In this document: in pieces, positions 47,558 through 57,362 of the stretch
Position numbering within the stretch: position 1 is the stretch's first letter
Layout of the letters: every line of letters starts with the position of its first letter
DNA from: a virus
IMG/VR virus record: IMGVR_UViG_3300037882_000456
Location: 7,882 to 71,881 of that record
Length of the DNA stretch: 64,000 nt
Reading direction: 5' to 3' (one strand)
The notes under the pieces: model-generated
Database searches by the model: none
Seen by the model: the letters and a program-made list of their open reading frames with translations, nothing else
What the model was told of the DNA's origin: nothing
Made by a program: the position numbers and the translations under genes

Positions 47558-47634
47558 TGGAGCGAGTACGGGGATTCGAACCCCGACTAAATGATTGGAA
47601 GTCACTTGTGCTGACCATTGAACACTACACTCGC
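47558..47634 (-). tRNA. tRNA-Gly(TCC)
   Basis: Loop CTTCCAA, U73, CCA. Confidence 0.9.
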
Positions 47635-48288
47635 GTGAGTCTCTATTGTAGCACGTTTGAGCGTGGCTGTCAAGCCGATGTAACGTTCCCACAGCGACAG
47701 CAGTGACCGCCCTGGCTCTTCCAAACCCACACATGACCACCACTAAACAAGCAGTCCATGGAGTCAATGTAGTCATTTCGCCAGCGGTACTGCGTCTCAA
47801 CACCCTGGTGATCGCCCTCGTGGAACACAGGGAACGTACACCAAATGTCATTAGCGTTAAGCGAGGGGCAGCGTTGTGGCCTACTCATCAACACCACCGA
47901 CAAGTTCAATCAGAGTATCGAGTTCGGGTTCGTCACCGAAAGCGTTGCATTCACCAACATACTGACGAATTGCGTTGAACTTGTCCTTGTATTCAGCAAT
48001 CATGGCGTCAATCTCTGACTCTCTCAGGGTCCAAAGGTCGTCACTCATTGTCTTTTCCTCTCAGCCAAGCCCACACAGCAACAGCGGTGCCAGCAATTGC
48101 TAGCCAGATAGCGTGCCAGTGGATCAGAAGGTGTAAATTGTGTGTAACCCATTCAGGTAGCGTGACATTCGCATTCACAGGTTAAAATCCTATCTCCGAT
48201 GTCCCTGCCATTCCAGCACTTCTTGTGGTTACCGTCCAGGCACCACCCAAGTTTATGAGTGGTGCCTGGACTTGGCCTTCGTGCCAAC

Positions 48289-48843
48289 TTACTTCTTGCT
48301 GTTGAGGCGCGGCACATCAATCGGCAGCGGCTGGTCAGCGTAGATGTAATCGAGGTTGGTAGCAACGTACGCACCCTCGGTGGTGAAGAAGAATACGCCA
48401 TCTTCGTTAGGACCGTACGAGCCGTCATCACCAGGAGCATTCACAACGGTCGGGCAGCGACCATCGCCACCACCAGGGCAACCATCGATCACGAGGCTGT
48501 CAGTGGTCATCTGCGAGCCGTTGGACGAAACCTTGCCCTTAACGGCGTAGTATCCAACAATGTTTCCGTAGTTCATCACATAAACATAGCCAAGTAGGTT
48601 CGGCTTGTTCGTGCGGAGCAGACGCTCCTTGATGTTGCGACGCTCCTGAGAGTCCTTCAACTGCGCGACAGGATACGGAACGGCGTCCGACTGCTGCTTA
48701 AAGGCAGTCTCAGTCTGCTTCTGGCCTTCGCCCTGAGCAGTGTTGGGCTTTACCTCGTCCATGCAAGCGGTCAGGGGAAGCATCAGGGCGAGAGCACCGA
48801 TGGCGAGGCCGATCTTACGCTTGTTGTTTGAAAAGATATTCAT
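48289..48843 (-). CDS. Lipoprotein
   Basis: Lipobox LTAC; 'DGSYG.N..G.FFFT'. Confidence 0.75.
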   Translation of the reverse strand: MNIFSNNKRKIGLAIGALALMLPLTACMDEVKPNTAQGEGQKQTETAFKQQSDAVPYPVAQLKDSQERRNIKERLLRTNKPNLLGYVYVMNYGNIVGYYAVKGKVSSNGSQMTTDSLVIDGCPGGGDGRCPTVVNAPGDDGSYGPNEDGVFFFTTEGAYVATNLDYIYADQPLPIDVPRLNSKK

Positions 48844-48864
48844 GTTTATCCTAACGTTTGTGGA

Positions 48865-49311
48865 CTACTTGCAGTCCGTGGCTGGGTCTTGGTCATCGAT
48901 GACCTGGGGAAGATCAGTCGAGCGGAAATCCTCACGACTGTACTTGCGAGCATCAGCGTTGTAGGTTTCTACAGCACCGACACAGAACTGCTGGACGCCT
49001 GTGTAGTTGGTACGCAGGGTCGGATCAGTAGGATCGAGGTCAAGAGCCTCCTTAGCGATGGCAACCTTCTTGTCTGCTGCCTTGATGTCAGCGTAGGACT
49101 GCTCGAAAGCCTCCTGCGCTTGAATGCGGTTATTGGCCGTGTTCTTCTGCTTGATAGCATTTCCCTTGCCCGCTACGTTCGACGTAGCAACGCCGATGTA
49201 CCAAATGACAGCGGGAAGAATGATGATCACGATAACGGCAACAACGATGGCAACGACGACGCCAGCACTACCAGCGTCTCTGCGATTCTTAAGCATATTG
49301 CTCCTAGTCAT
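48865..49311 (-). CDS. Membrane-anchored protein
   Basis: N-terminal TM; 'C...V..YNA'. Confidence 0.7.
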   Translation of the reverse strand: MTRSNMLKNRRDAGSAGVVVAIVVAVIVIIILPAVIWYIGVATSNVAGKGNAIKQKNTANNRIQAQEAFEQSYADIKAADKKVAIAKEALDLDPTDPTLRTNYTGVQQFCVGAVETYNADARKYSREDFRSTDLPQVIDDQDPATDCK

Positions 49312-49915
49312 TGTAGTCTGAGTTGAATAGATCAGTTAGCGTTTGTGCTTCAACAGGGAACCAGTCCCAAACATCAACGCCAACGTTTACATCCGTACCA
49401 CGCTTTTTCCACATGCTGTGAACGTGGCCGTGAATTGTGGGGCCAGTAGGTCGGTACTCAGCGAACCTATCTGGCTCGTACTCAAAGTCCTGACCAGTCT
49501 TGTCCCTAGCCTGCCTGCGGAAATCGCATTGAGCAGGGAAGTGACTGAGCCAAACCTTTTTCGTTCCAAGGAAGTGAGGCACCGGACCTTGCTGAATCTC
49601 TAGACCAGCATCCTGATAACGCTCAACAAACTTGGCGTACTTCTTGTTACCAATCCAACATTCGTCATGGTTGCCAGGGATGAAGGTCTTGATACCCTTC
49701 ATCTTCTCGACCCAACTGAGAGCGTTGGTCACCGAGCCAAGGGACAGGTCGCCTACAATGTAGACGCTGTCATTCTCTTGAACTCTGTCGTTGTACCGAG
49801 CCACCAGTTCACGATCCATCTGCTCAACGCTGTTCCACGGGCGGTCAGGCTCGTGGCGCAGGATGTTCTTGTGACCGAAGTGCTGGTCTGCGGTGTACCA
49901 AGTCGTTGTCGTCAT
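49304..49915 (-). CDS. Metallophosphoesterase
   Basis: D.H, GD, GNHD, H, HGHVH, NVGVD. Confidence 0.9.
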   Translation of the reverse strand: MTTTTWYTADQHFGHKNILRHEPDRPWNSVEQMDRELVARYNDRVQENDSVYIVGDLSLGSVTNALSWVEKMKGIKTFIPGNHDECWIGNKKYAKFVERYQDAGLEIQQGPVPHFLGTKKVWLSHFPAQCDFRRQARDKTGQDFEYEPDRFAEYRPTGPTIHGHVHSMWKKRGTDVNVGVDVWDWFPVEAQTLTDLFNSDYND

Positions 49916-49946
49916 AGGAGTATCCTACCAGAGTCGGGGCTGTGTG

Positions 49947-51044
49947 TCAAGAGGTTCGTACTGCGTCTACCCAGGTCTGAGGAACCCTTGTGGCAGGCCA
50001 ACCTGTGCCCCACCAGTCATGCTGCTCAGTATAAACCCAGGCGTACTTATCTGACGTTTGCTTGGCGAGGGTGATCGTGGGACCGAACTGTGTAACGTCC
50101 ATCGTGACACCGCGATATCCAAGATCGAACACTCCATGACTTACAGACACGCCAGGAGATAGCGTGCGCTGCCAACTAGATGTAGACTGGAATTGAGACA
50201 GGGTGCGCTCTGTATAAAGTTCTCCACCATCAACAAGGTTCACTCCAACATCTAGGCCAGATACGAATGGACCGTGATCCTCATTGGCCCATGAGACATC
50301 ATTGTAGTTGGCCGTTACATTGTTGATTGTCCTAGGATCACTAATCCATGGACCAAAGGTGGAGAGCACCGTTACACCGGGCCAGCCTGCTGCAAACCCA
50401 GCGCCCACCTGTGAGCCTCTATCAAATGCTGCGGCCTGACAGATGGCTACCGTGGAATTGCAACCGTTAGGAACGTCCCACGAGCCTCCAAAGTAACGCT
50501 CTCCGTCATAGAAGATGCCCTCAAAGCCAGCATCCTTAGCGGCTGCGGCCAGATTCTTAGCATTCTGTGCTGGAATCGTCCAGTCACCTAAAACGCCAGG
50601 GTCGTTTCCAGCATAAACCATTACGAAGTTATGCTTTACCTTCTGGAACGGCGCGCCCTTCATTGGTGCAAGTGCGGTAGCGTACTGTGCTTGACTAACC
50701 GGAGTGTTCGTCAGAACAGTCGAAGATAGATTCGGCATTGTTACAACAACACCATCAAACGGCATTTGATCCATGCTCGCAACGTGGGAGCCCGCAAATG
50801 CCACAGATGGAATATCCCACCCGTGCTTGATTAGCAACTTCCCACTAGACGTAGCGGTAGGAGTTGGCGTGGAGGTTGTAGTTGGCGTAGGAGTTGGCGT
50901 CGTGGTAGGTGTCGGAGTTGCTGTTGCAGTAGGCGTTGGCTTAGGCTTTGGGCCGCGGCCCCTACCTGCCTCTGCCGGTGAGGACAGCAAGAAGAATCCA
51001 ACTACAAGAATAGCAGAGGCGAGAACTGCGATTACCTTTCTCAT
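49947..51044 (-). CDS. Secreted protein with Pro/Thr linker and glycoside-hydrolase-like domain
   Basis: Signal peptide, (PT)n linker, 'PFDGVV', 'GFEGIFYDGE.Y'. Confidence 0.6.
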   Translation of the reverse strand: MRKVIAVLASAILVVGFFLLSSPAEAGRGRGPKPKPTPTATATPTPTTTPTPTPTTTSTPTPTATSSGKLLIKHGWDIPSVAFAGSHVASMDQMPFDGVVVTMPNLSSTVLTNTPVSQAQYATALAPMKGAPFQKVKHNFVMVYAGNDPGVLGDWTIPAQNAKNLAAAAKDAGFEGIFYDGERYFGGSWDVPNGCNSTVAICQAAAFDRGSQVGAGFAAGWPGVTVLSTFGPWISDPRTINNVTANYNDVSWANEDHGPFVSGLDVGVNLVDGGELYTERTLSQFQSTSSWQRTLSPGVSVSHGVFDLGYRGVTMDVTQFGPTITLAKQTSDKYAWVYTEQHDWWGTGWPATRVPQTWVDAVRTS

Positions 51045-51463
51045 TCCTCTACATCCTCAACCATGATCGTGAATCCATAGCCGTAGTAGAATGGGTTTCC
51101 ACATGACCAGCCAACAGTCAGTTTAAGGATGTCTCCCATATCTGCGTAGATGTGCCACGTTGAGTAACCGTCTGTCGTACCGACGCCTGTGATCAAGTGA
51201 CCGACCATTTCAGGGTTCAAGAGGAACGCCTGAACTTCGGTGAACGCACAGCAGTCAGCCTCACCAATCAACTTGACGCGCTTGCCGTTGTCAAGGGTAA
51301 TGATCGTAGCCTGATCCGTGCCGTAATACTGTCTCTGTGCCTCGCCTCTTTCAACACTGACGATCTTATGACCGACCAGTACGCTCTCTAGGCTGTCACG
51401 GCTTTCAACCATGGTGCCGTCATCTTCCCATTCGTCAAGAATTTCAGGTTCGTAGATCGTCAT
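51041..51463 (-). CDS. Conserved actinophage hypothetical protein
   Basis: 'DCCA', 'GN..YYGYG'. Confidence 0.65.
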   Translation of the reverse strand: MTIYEPEILDEWEDDGTMVESRDSLESVLVGHKIVSVERGEAQRQYYGTDQATIITLDNGKRVKLIGEADCCAFTEVQAFLLNPEMVGHLITGVGTTDGYSTWHIYADMGDILKLTVGWSCGNPFYYGYGFTIMVEDVEE

Positions 51464-51485
51464 TAGTTTCTCCTAAGTTTGTAGG

Positions 51486-51561
51486 TGGTACCCCTTGTCG
51501 GATTCGAACCGACACCGTAACGGGCTTAAACCGTCTGCCTCTACCGTTGGGCTAAAGGGGC
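51486..51561 (-). tRNA. tRNA-Leu(TAA), short variable arm
   Basis: Loop TTTAAGC, CCA. Confidence 0.85.
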
Positions 51562-51718
51562 TTGTGCATAGGGGGCCTGGGTCCATCGACCAGCAGAGTG
51601 CGACTCTACCTGTAGGCCTATCCTCGGCTACCCTTTGTCATCTGTTGCCGCAACCCACGAAGTTTGCTTTAACATCTGAGTCATCTGGAATTATTGTTAC
51701 GGCCATCCAGCCTATGCG

Positions 51719-51791
51719 TACCCCGCCAAGGTATCGATCCCTGTTCCATCGGTTAAAAGCCGATTGCATCAACCTTAAATGCTTGCGAGGC
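51719..51791 (-). tRNA. tRNA-Lys(TTT)
   Basis: Loop CTTTTAA; T-loop ATCGATA. Confidence 0.8.
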
Positions 51792-51847
51792 TTACTGATA
51801 ACGTCCATTTCTAGGCCCTCGTGCGCGGCTGTCGTTATCTGCACCAG

Positions 51848-51920
51848 TGCCCCTGGCTGGAATCGAACCAGCGTATAACACTTTAGAAGAGTGCCGCGTC
51901 ATCCACTACGCTACAGGGGC
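51848..51920 (-). tRNA. tRNA-Arg(TCT)
   Basis: Loop CTTCTAA. Confidence 0.9.
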
Positions 51921-51953
51921 GTATAACTATACTACCACAGTCGCTTGGTGGTG

Positions 51954-52706
51954 TCAAGCAACCTTGGCTGCGGCTTTAACCCTGGTGACGTAGTTGGCTG
52001 CCTGAGTCGTTGGGTAAACGCCTGAGACTACGAACTTCCTGGCATTTACAGGAGAGTTGTGAGACAGGATCGCGGCGTCCCAAGCCCTATCTGAGTCAGT
52101 CGTCATCGTACGGTACTCATTGTATCGAGTACGAAGGCGCTTGGCAGACAGAGGGATAACAAATAGCGGATCAGTCATTTGATCAACGCTAAGAGACTGG
52201 TTGTAGTAGGTGTTGAACTGGCAGATGCCAATGTCCTTGGGAGTGTAATAGCCAACAGCACCCATATCCCAGTTTGCCTCGGCACCGATCTGACCCCATA
52301 GGAATCGACCAGGAATACCGTTAACCTTCTCGTGCTCTGCGATGAATGCACGCAATAGGGCCTTCGATGTAGTTGGGCCAACAACTCCGTCAGCGGGTGC
52401 TGCATAAACAGCCTGGAACGCACGAACGTTCTTGTCTGTAAGAGGACCGAATACACCAGGGTTAGTCGAATACTCAAACGTATACCCGGCCTTATTCAGC
52501 ATCTTCTGAATAGCAAAGACAGCGCGGTTAACCGCCCACTTGTCCTGCGTTTCGCATGACGCCAAGCCTGCGGAACTTCCGGCAACGTACATGCTCTTGC
52601 CGAGCAGGTTACCTCTCTTTGTCCAGGCTCCACGACCAGTGGGCCCAGGTGTTGGCATTACGCTCATTCTAATTCCTCCAAAGTATGTTGGGCCGTTTAT
52701 ACTCAT
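51954..52706 (-). CDS. Lysin-like protein: PG-binding domain plus lysozyme/SLT-like domain
   Basis: 'IQKML..AGY...GVFGPLT...VRAFQ...DGVVGPTT'; 'AE..D..AVG', 'GICQ', 'HN', 'NYV..V'. Confidence 0.7.
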   Translation of the reverse strand: MSINGPTYFGGIRMSVMPTPGPTGRGAWTKRGNLLGKSMYVAGSSAGLASCETQDKWAVNRAVFAIQKMLNKAGYTFEYSTNPGVFGPLTDKNVRAFQAVYAAPADGVVGPTTSKALLRAFIAEHEKVNGIPGRFLWGQIGAEANWDMGAVGYYTPKDIGICQFNTYYNQSLSVDQMTDPLFVIPLSAKRLRTRYNEYRTMTTDSDRAWDAAILSHNSPVNARKFVVSGVYPTTQAANYVTRVKAAAKVA

Positions 52707-52743
52707 GCCCAGGAGATATTGCTTCCCTGATATAACCAGTATA

Positions 52744-52929
52744 TCAGAGGTTGAGGTAGGATGCCCACAGAATCTTGTTCGCTGCTTCGCGCTCTGCCTG
52801 TGCCTTGCGGCGGGCTTCCTTCCTCTTTTCGCCCCTTGCCCAGCACCTTGCTCGACGTGCCTTGCGGTTCGGGTTGCTCATGCGGGTTGAAGCGGGATTT
52901 CCCTTCAACCCATTAGGACTGCTTGCCAT
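52744..52929 (-). CDS. Small basic protein
   Basis: AGGAGGTG RBS, Arg/Lys-rich. Confidence 0.55.
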   Translation of the reverse strand: MASSPNGLKGNPASTRMSNPNRKARRARCWARGEKRKEARRKAQAEREAANKILWASYLNL

Positions 52930-53318
52930 GTATAGTCACCTCCTCAGGTTACCTATAACATGGCAGTCCTCCAATTGAATTCATCGCTTTCCTTCCGTCT
53001 TGCCTGTGTAAAGCCTGCCTCGATTTCGCAGATGGTCGCGCTTACGCAACCTTACGAAATACGTGCCGACTAGGTTGTTGTGCCTTTCGGCCCAGACCCA
53101 ACCATACACCAACGACCTGTCCCCATTTGGGGCAGAATTTGGTCCTGGCATGTAAATCACCTCCTAACAGTATCGTTAGAAAGTTAAGTCATGGTTTGAT
53201 CCTTTCTCCACGCGCGATTCTCGCGCTGGCGGTCGATTTTCTTAGTGATACGCTTGTGACGCTTGCCTCCACAGATAGGGCAGCCATACGTCCAAGACTT
53301 CGGAACCTTTATCATAAG

Positions 53319-53390
53319 TGCGGTAGACGAGAATCGAACTCGCTTGACAACGTTGGCAACGTCGCATAATATCCAGTATATGACTACCAC
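53319..53390 (-). tRNA. tRNA-Gly(GCC)
   Basis: Loop TTGCCAA; weak D arm. Confidence 0.75.
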
Positions 53391-53394
53391 TGAG

Positions 53395-53465
53395 AGCCAA
53401 GGGAGAGAATCGAACTCTCTTTGAATGCGTACCATGCACTCGTAATACCATTATACTACCCTGGC
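53395..53465 (-). tRNA. tRNA-Thr(GGT)
   Basis: Loop ATGGTAC (atypical positions 32/38). Confidence 0.75.
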
Positions 53466-53467
53466 GG

Positions 53468-53538
53468 GGTGACTAGTGGGAATCGAACCCACACTGATTG
53501 GGACACAACCAATCGTGATACCATTTCACTATAGTCAC
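53468..53538 (-). tRNA. tRNA-His(GTG)
   Basis: Loop TTGTGTC, C73; G-1 not encoded. Confidence 0.8.
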
Positions 53539-53540
53539 AG

Positions 53541-53611
53541 TGACCCGTGGGGGTATCGATCCCCCGCCTTTTGGTTGAGAACCAAAGGGACTACCTTTAT
53601 CCTAACGGGCC
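53541..53611 (-). tRNA. tRNA-Glu(CTC)
   Basis: Loop TTCTCAA; T-loop ATCGATA. Confidence 0.8.
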
Positions 53612-53691
53612 TTACGATTTCACTGAACGAGGAGTGTCGCAGTCCTGGCCTAGTTCACAAATCTCTGCTGGCGCGTAGTTCCAACAGCGAG

Positions 53692-53762
53692 TGCCGATGT
53701 AGGGAATCGAACCCCAGCCACTTGATTACGAAACAAGCGTACTACCACTATACTACAAAGGC
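53692..53762 (-). tRNA. tRNA-Thr(CGT)
   Basis: Loop TTCGTAA; acceptor-stem mismatches. Confidence 0.75.
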
Positions 53763-53863
53763 GGGTGTGGGCTTAGAATTCACATCGCGCGATGCTTCAT
53801 CCGTTGTTCCCCTAATATCCCACCAGGGACCGGAATCGAACCATACTAGGGAATGACCCAACG

Positions 53864-53934
53864 AGCCTCGTGACGTAATCGAAACGTCGCCAATGCTTTA
53901 CAAGAGCATCGCACTACCACTATGCTAACGAGGC
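53864..53934 (-). tRNA. tRNA-Thr(TGT)
   Basis: Loop CTTGTAA. Confidence 0.88.
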
Positions 53935-54005
53935 AAGATAACCTAGCCGTGAGTCCAGAGGACTAGGTGTTTATGTAACAACTATACCACAAGAGAAACC
54001 TTGTG

Positions 54006-54599
54006 TCAAGCAGATCTGGCCTTTCGTGCTGCCATGATCTTAGCAAACGCATCGCTGTTGTCAGGGATGCTCAACTGAATCTTGCGAGAAATCGGTGCTG
54101 GTGCGAAGATATGTTCCCTGCCTCGCAGACCATATGTTGTAGACATTAGGGGCTCATCAATAACAGGAGAGTTGAACTCAACAATGTCTAGGATGATGTA
54201 GGCGGCGAGGTCCGTCGTTGTAACAGAGTTGTATCGGCAGATCATGGACTGGAATGCTTCCTTTAGCACACCGTCCCCACGAACCTCCCAGGGCATCCTA
54301 GCATCCCTGTCTGTGTGATTGTTAAAGTGATTGCCTAGAAACGAAATAGTCTCTAGTTCATCTTCATTGTGCTCTATGTAGTTAAGCGTACACCCACCGT
54401 TGTTCTTGATGTTGCGGAACGTTCTAGAGCCCACCTGTGTAGACAGAACCACCTGCGGCGTTCCATCAACACGATAAGGAAGGGCCAATTGATACGGCCT
54501 CACGTTCCAGGTGCCGTCTGTGTTCTTTGAAGAAATGATCGCGTAAGAGGAAGCAAAGAAGATATCCCTCTGCAACCAGTTCTTATGAGGAGAACTCAT
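54006..54599 (-). CDS. Flavin-reductase-like (split-barrel FMN-binding) protein
   Basis: 'IISS...DG..N..PY', 'TF.NI...G..TLN'. Confidence 0.6.
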   Translation of the reverse strand: MSSPHKNWLQRDIFFASSYAIISSKNTDGTWNVRPYQLALPYRVDGTPQVVLSTQVGSRTFRNIKNNGGCTLNYIEHNEDELETISFLGNHFNNHTDRDARMPWEVRGDGVLKEAFQSMICRYNSVTTTDLAAYIILDIVEFNSPVIDEPLMSTTYGLRGREHIFAPAPISRKIQLSIPDNSDAFAKIMAARKARSA

Positions 54600-54619
54600 T
54601 GAATCTCTTTCTACTAAAG

Positions 54620-54690
54620 TGGGAAGCCATGGAATCGAACCATGTTTCGTAGGACTTCACTCTACTGTAATACCAATATACGAGCAACCC
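54620..54690 (-). tRNA. tRNA-Phe(GAA)
   Basis: Loop GTGAAGT (atypical); mismatched stems. Confidence 0.7.
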
Positions 54691-54704
54691 TTAGGTAAAT
54701 CAAG

Positions 54705-54778
54705 TCGAGATACAAGGATTTGAACCTTGATCGGGTGCGTATCAGACACCTGTTCTAACCAGATTGAACTATATCTCG
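54705..54778 (-). tRNA. tRNA-Ile(GAT)
   Basis: Loop CTGATAC. Confidence 0.85.
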
Positions 54779-54926
54779 TGGCCCCTAAGTACAGTCAACA
54801 CTTCCTAGAGGGAACTGGCTTGGCGAATGCGACAACCGCCGCTCTGTTGAACCAGCCTCCATACTATCTCACTCCCGCCAAGAAGTGATACCCTTTGGAG
54901 TAATTAGGGATCCAATCCCCAACTTG

Positions 54927-54997
54927 TACCGGGTGAGGGAATCGAACCCCCGCTAAGTGGATGTAAGCCACACGCCCTACCATTAGACTAACCCGGC
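54927..54997 (-). tRNA. tRNA-Val(TAC)
   Basis: Loop CTTACAT. Confidence 0.85.
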
Positions 54998-55095
54998 CTA
55001 TGATCTTTTCCGCACGCGCGATTGGAGGGTGATCAAACCCAGTCCCGTTTTGTAAGGCGCGAACTAAATCCGCCGTTGGAATCAGGACCAACACG

Positions 55096-55166
55096 TACCC
55101 CTAGATCGTACCGACCGATCTTCCCTTGGTTAAGAGCCAAGTGCATCACCTTAATGCTTTAGGGGC
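55096..55166 (-). tRNA. tRNA-Lys(CTT)
   Basis: Loop CTCTTAA; T-loop GTCGGTA. Confidence 0.78.
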
Positions 55167-55177
55167 CTAACTCTGCG

Positions 55178-55259
55178 TACTCTCGGTCGGATTCGAACCG
55201 ACAAGCCTCTCGGCGTTGCGTTCTAAGCGCAGTGCGTTTACCAGTTTCACCACGAGAGC
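55178..55259 (-). tRNA. tRNA-Leu(TAG)
   Basis: Loop CTTAGAA; long variable arm. Confidence 0.88.
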
Positions 55260-55260
55260 G

Positions 55261-55331
55261 TGGACCCGAGGGGAATCGAACCCCTTACAGTTTCCTTGCA
55301 AAAGAAACCCGCTACCTTAGCAGTCAAGCCC
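55261..55331 (-). tRNA. tRNA-Ala(TGC)
   Basis: Loop TTTGCAA; G3-U70 pair. Confidence 0.78.
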
Positions 55332-55400
55332 TAGTACGCCCGAGGAACGCAATCGCCTCCCTCGGGGTACTTACTACTATACACTATTCGGTTCTGTGTG

Positions 55401-55760
55401 TCAAGCAGTTTCCTTGGTTTCCCAGAATCCTTCTACTCGACCATCTGCGTAGTGAACGAAAATCTCTGCGCCATCCATCCACTTCCACTTGTTGCCTACG
55501 CCGAACGTAGCAACGGGCTCGTCGTAAATCTTAGGCTCTTCGTCACCCTTGTCAGCGCCCCAGTACGAATCTGCTGCGCTCCAACGATCACCGCAACACG
55601 AGCAGTCGCCATCACCATCGAAGTACAGACCGATCATTTCTGCTCGCTCGTCTGCTTCCTTGGCGGTGTCTGCCTCAACTACAACGTAGTGTGAGATTCC
55701 ACGGCCAGGGTTGAAATCGAACGATCCACCACTGTTGTTCTGATTGTAAGTGTAAAACAT
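55401..55760 (-). CDS. Conserved phage hypothetical protein
   Basis: 'FYTYNQNNSGG.F...VVVEA...G.YFDG..DCSCCGDRW'. Confidence 0.75.
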   Translation of the reverse strand: MFYTYNQNNSGGSFDFNPGRGISHYVVVEADTAKEADERAEMIGLYFDGDGDCSCCGDRWSAADSYWGADKGDEEPKIYDEPVATFGVGNKWKWMDGAEIFVHYADGRVEGFWETKETA

Positions 55761-55848
55761 AATGACCCCTCCTTGGAATCTGTAGGTTACCTCTTTTAGG
55801 TAAGTAGATTAGTCTATCAGATCCAAGTGCTGGTGTCAAGCGGTTTCG

Positions 55849-56307
55849 CTACTTCCTCGTTACCGCTGTAACCTCAATGTCCTTGGTCGCACCAAAGACG
55901 CCATCAAGGATATAGGTCACACGCTCCCACTCTAGCCCACCGATGCCACAGCCAATTCTTGGGAGGCCAATGGAGCGAACGTTATTTCTCAAAGCATGAT
56001 CCCACATATTGTGAGCAGCAAGGGCGACTAGAACGTAGTTAGCGTTGCGGCCCTGCTTGACCTGGGTGGCACAGTTATAAATCCACCTAGGCTTTGCGTT
56101 CTCCGCGAACTCCCAGGCCATAACATCACCAGGAAGCATTTCGTTTCTGAGACAGGTCTGACGATAAACCTGATACATCGCCTCAGACTTCTTGCGAAAG
56201 AACGGAGCAATACCAGAACCCATAACACCTTCAAGGTTTACACCGTGGCCGATTGCATCGAATCCCCACTTGGGATCGAATAGGTCGCCCTCAACTTCTC
56301 TATACAT
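55849..56307 (-). CDS. Macrodomain ADP-ribosylglycohydrolase (DarG-like)
   Basis: 'GDLF', 'VN..GVMG.GIA..F', 'PRIGCGIGGL.W'. Confidence 0.88.
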   Translation of the reverse strand: MYREVEGDLFDPKWGFDAIGHGVNLEGVMGSGIAPFFRKKSEAMYQVYRQTCLRNEMLPGDVMAWEFAENAKPRWIYNCATQVKQGRNANYVLVALAAHNMWDHALRNNVRSIGLPRIGCGIGGLEWERVTYILDGVFGATKDIEVTAVTRK

Positions 56308-56367
56308 GGGTCCTCCTGAGTAGGTCAGGGCACAAGCGTACCACTTTCGGTACGCTTTGTCAAGCGA

Positions 56368-57162
56368 TCAGAGGTAACGCTTCGCGTAGACGCGCTTCTG
56401 AACGTCAAGCCACATGCCAGGGCCAACAGCACCGCCAACGGACTTGTACTTGCGCGACTTCTGGAAGGCGACGATGGCAGCGTGTGTGCGATCACCAACG
56501 AACCCATCTACGGTTCCCTTGTAGAAACCAAGATACTTCAACCAAGTCTGTAGCCTAGCAACATTCTTCTTGTCGGTAGCATTCAGGTGTCCGTTGTGAA
56601 TCCTTGGCCTGACACTCGCTGCAAACTTCAACTTCTTGCCGAAGTAATTGATCGGCACCTTCTTTAGAGGGTAAGCGAGGGCAACAAACTTGGGAGCCAC
56701 AGGGTACTTGTCACGGAGTTTGACATATCCAGTGATCTCATAGTTGCGTCTGAAAGTCTTAGCGACTGTACCGCCCGCCCATGGCTCGCTGCCACCAGTG
56801 TTTCCACCATAGCACCATACACCGCTCGTGGTTCCGCTAGTAGCAGCCAGTTCAACGTGCTTGCTACCAAACAGGATAATGGCATCGCCAGGACGAATTC
56901 CCGTACCGCCACCGCGACGGTAGCGAAGGCGAGCCTTGCCCCAGCCAACAATGTAGTACACAGAGACGAATCTCCATGGGAGTTTCAATCCACCGTGATA
57001 AGCACAGTCAATAAGGAAGGCTCCGCACCAGGGCTGGCCTGAAAGATTCACGCCCCAATGCTGGGAAACGTGCGTCCAGAACCAACCACGGTTGGATCTA
57101 GGAGGATACTCGTTGTCACCGACACGAGACTTGGCATACGCAAGGGTCTTTTGGATTGTCAT
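56368..57162 (-). CDS. Endolysin: CHAP domain plus PG-binding domain
   Basis: 'PWCGAF', 'PGD', 'HV', 'GGNT'; 'LQ..L..LG.Y...VDG..G..T...I..FQ'. Confidence 0.85.
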   Translation of the reverse strand: MTIQKTLAYAKSRVGDNEYPPRSNRGWFWTHVSQHWGVNLSGQPWCGAFLIDCAYHGGLKLPWRFVSVYYIVGWGKARLRYRRGGGTGIRPGDAIILFGSKHVELAATSGTTSGVWCYGGNTGGSEPWAGGTVAKTFRRNYEITGYVKLRDKYPVAPKFVALAYPLKKVPINYFGKKLKFAASVRPRIHNGHLNATDKKNVARLQTWLKYLGFYKGTVDGFVGDRTHAAIVAFQKSRKYKSVGGAVGPGMWLDVQKRVYAKRYL

Positions 57163-57192
57163 ACCCTAATTATACCATATGTCCCTATCAAC

Positions 57193-57276
57193 TGGTAGCC
57201 CTGGCGGGATTCGAACCCGCATGCCGTGAAGCAATGGTTTTTGAAACCACCGTGTATGCCATTCCACCACAAGGCC
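57193..57276 (-). tRNA. tRNA-Leu(CAA)
   Basis: Loop TTCAAAA, CCA. Confidence 0.9.
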
Positions 57277-57277
57277 G

Positions 57278-57352
57278 TGGTGCCCCTACCAGGAATCGAA
57301 CCTGGAATTATTCCTTAGGAGGGAATCGTGAGATCCTTTTCACTATAGAGGC
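57278..57352 (-). tRNA. tRNA-Arg(CCT)
   Basis: Loop CTCCTAA, CCA. Confidence 0.9.
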
Positions 57353-57362
57353 GTACGACCAA

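Noticed and set aside
53184-53856. ORF-track entries overlapping tRNA clusters (also 36134, 54864, 55232, 57156, 61276, 62689)
   Set aside because: Largely explained by tRNA genes; at most the short 3' part of 53184..53435 may be a real small ORF.
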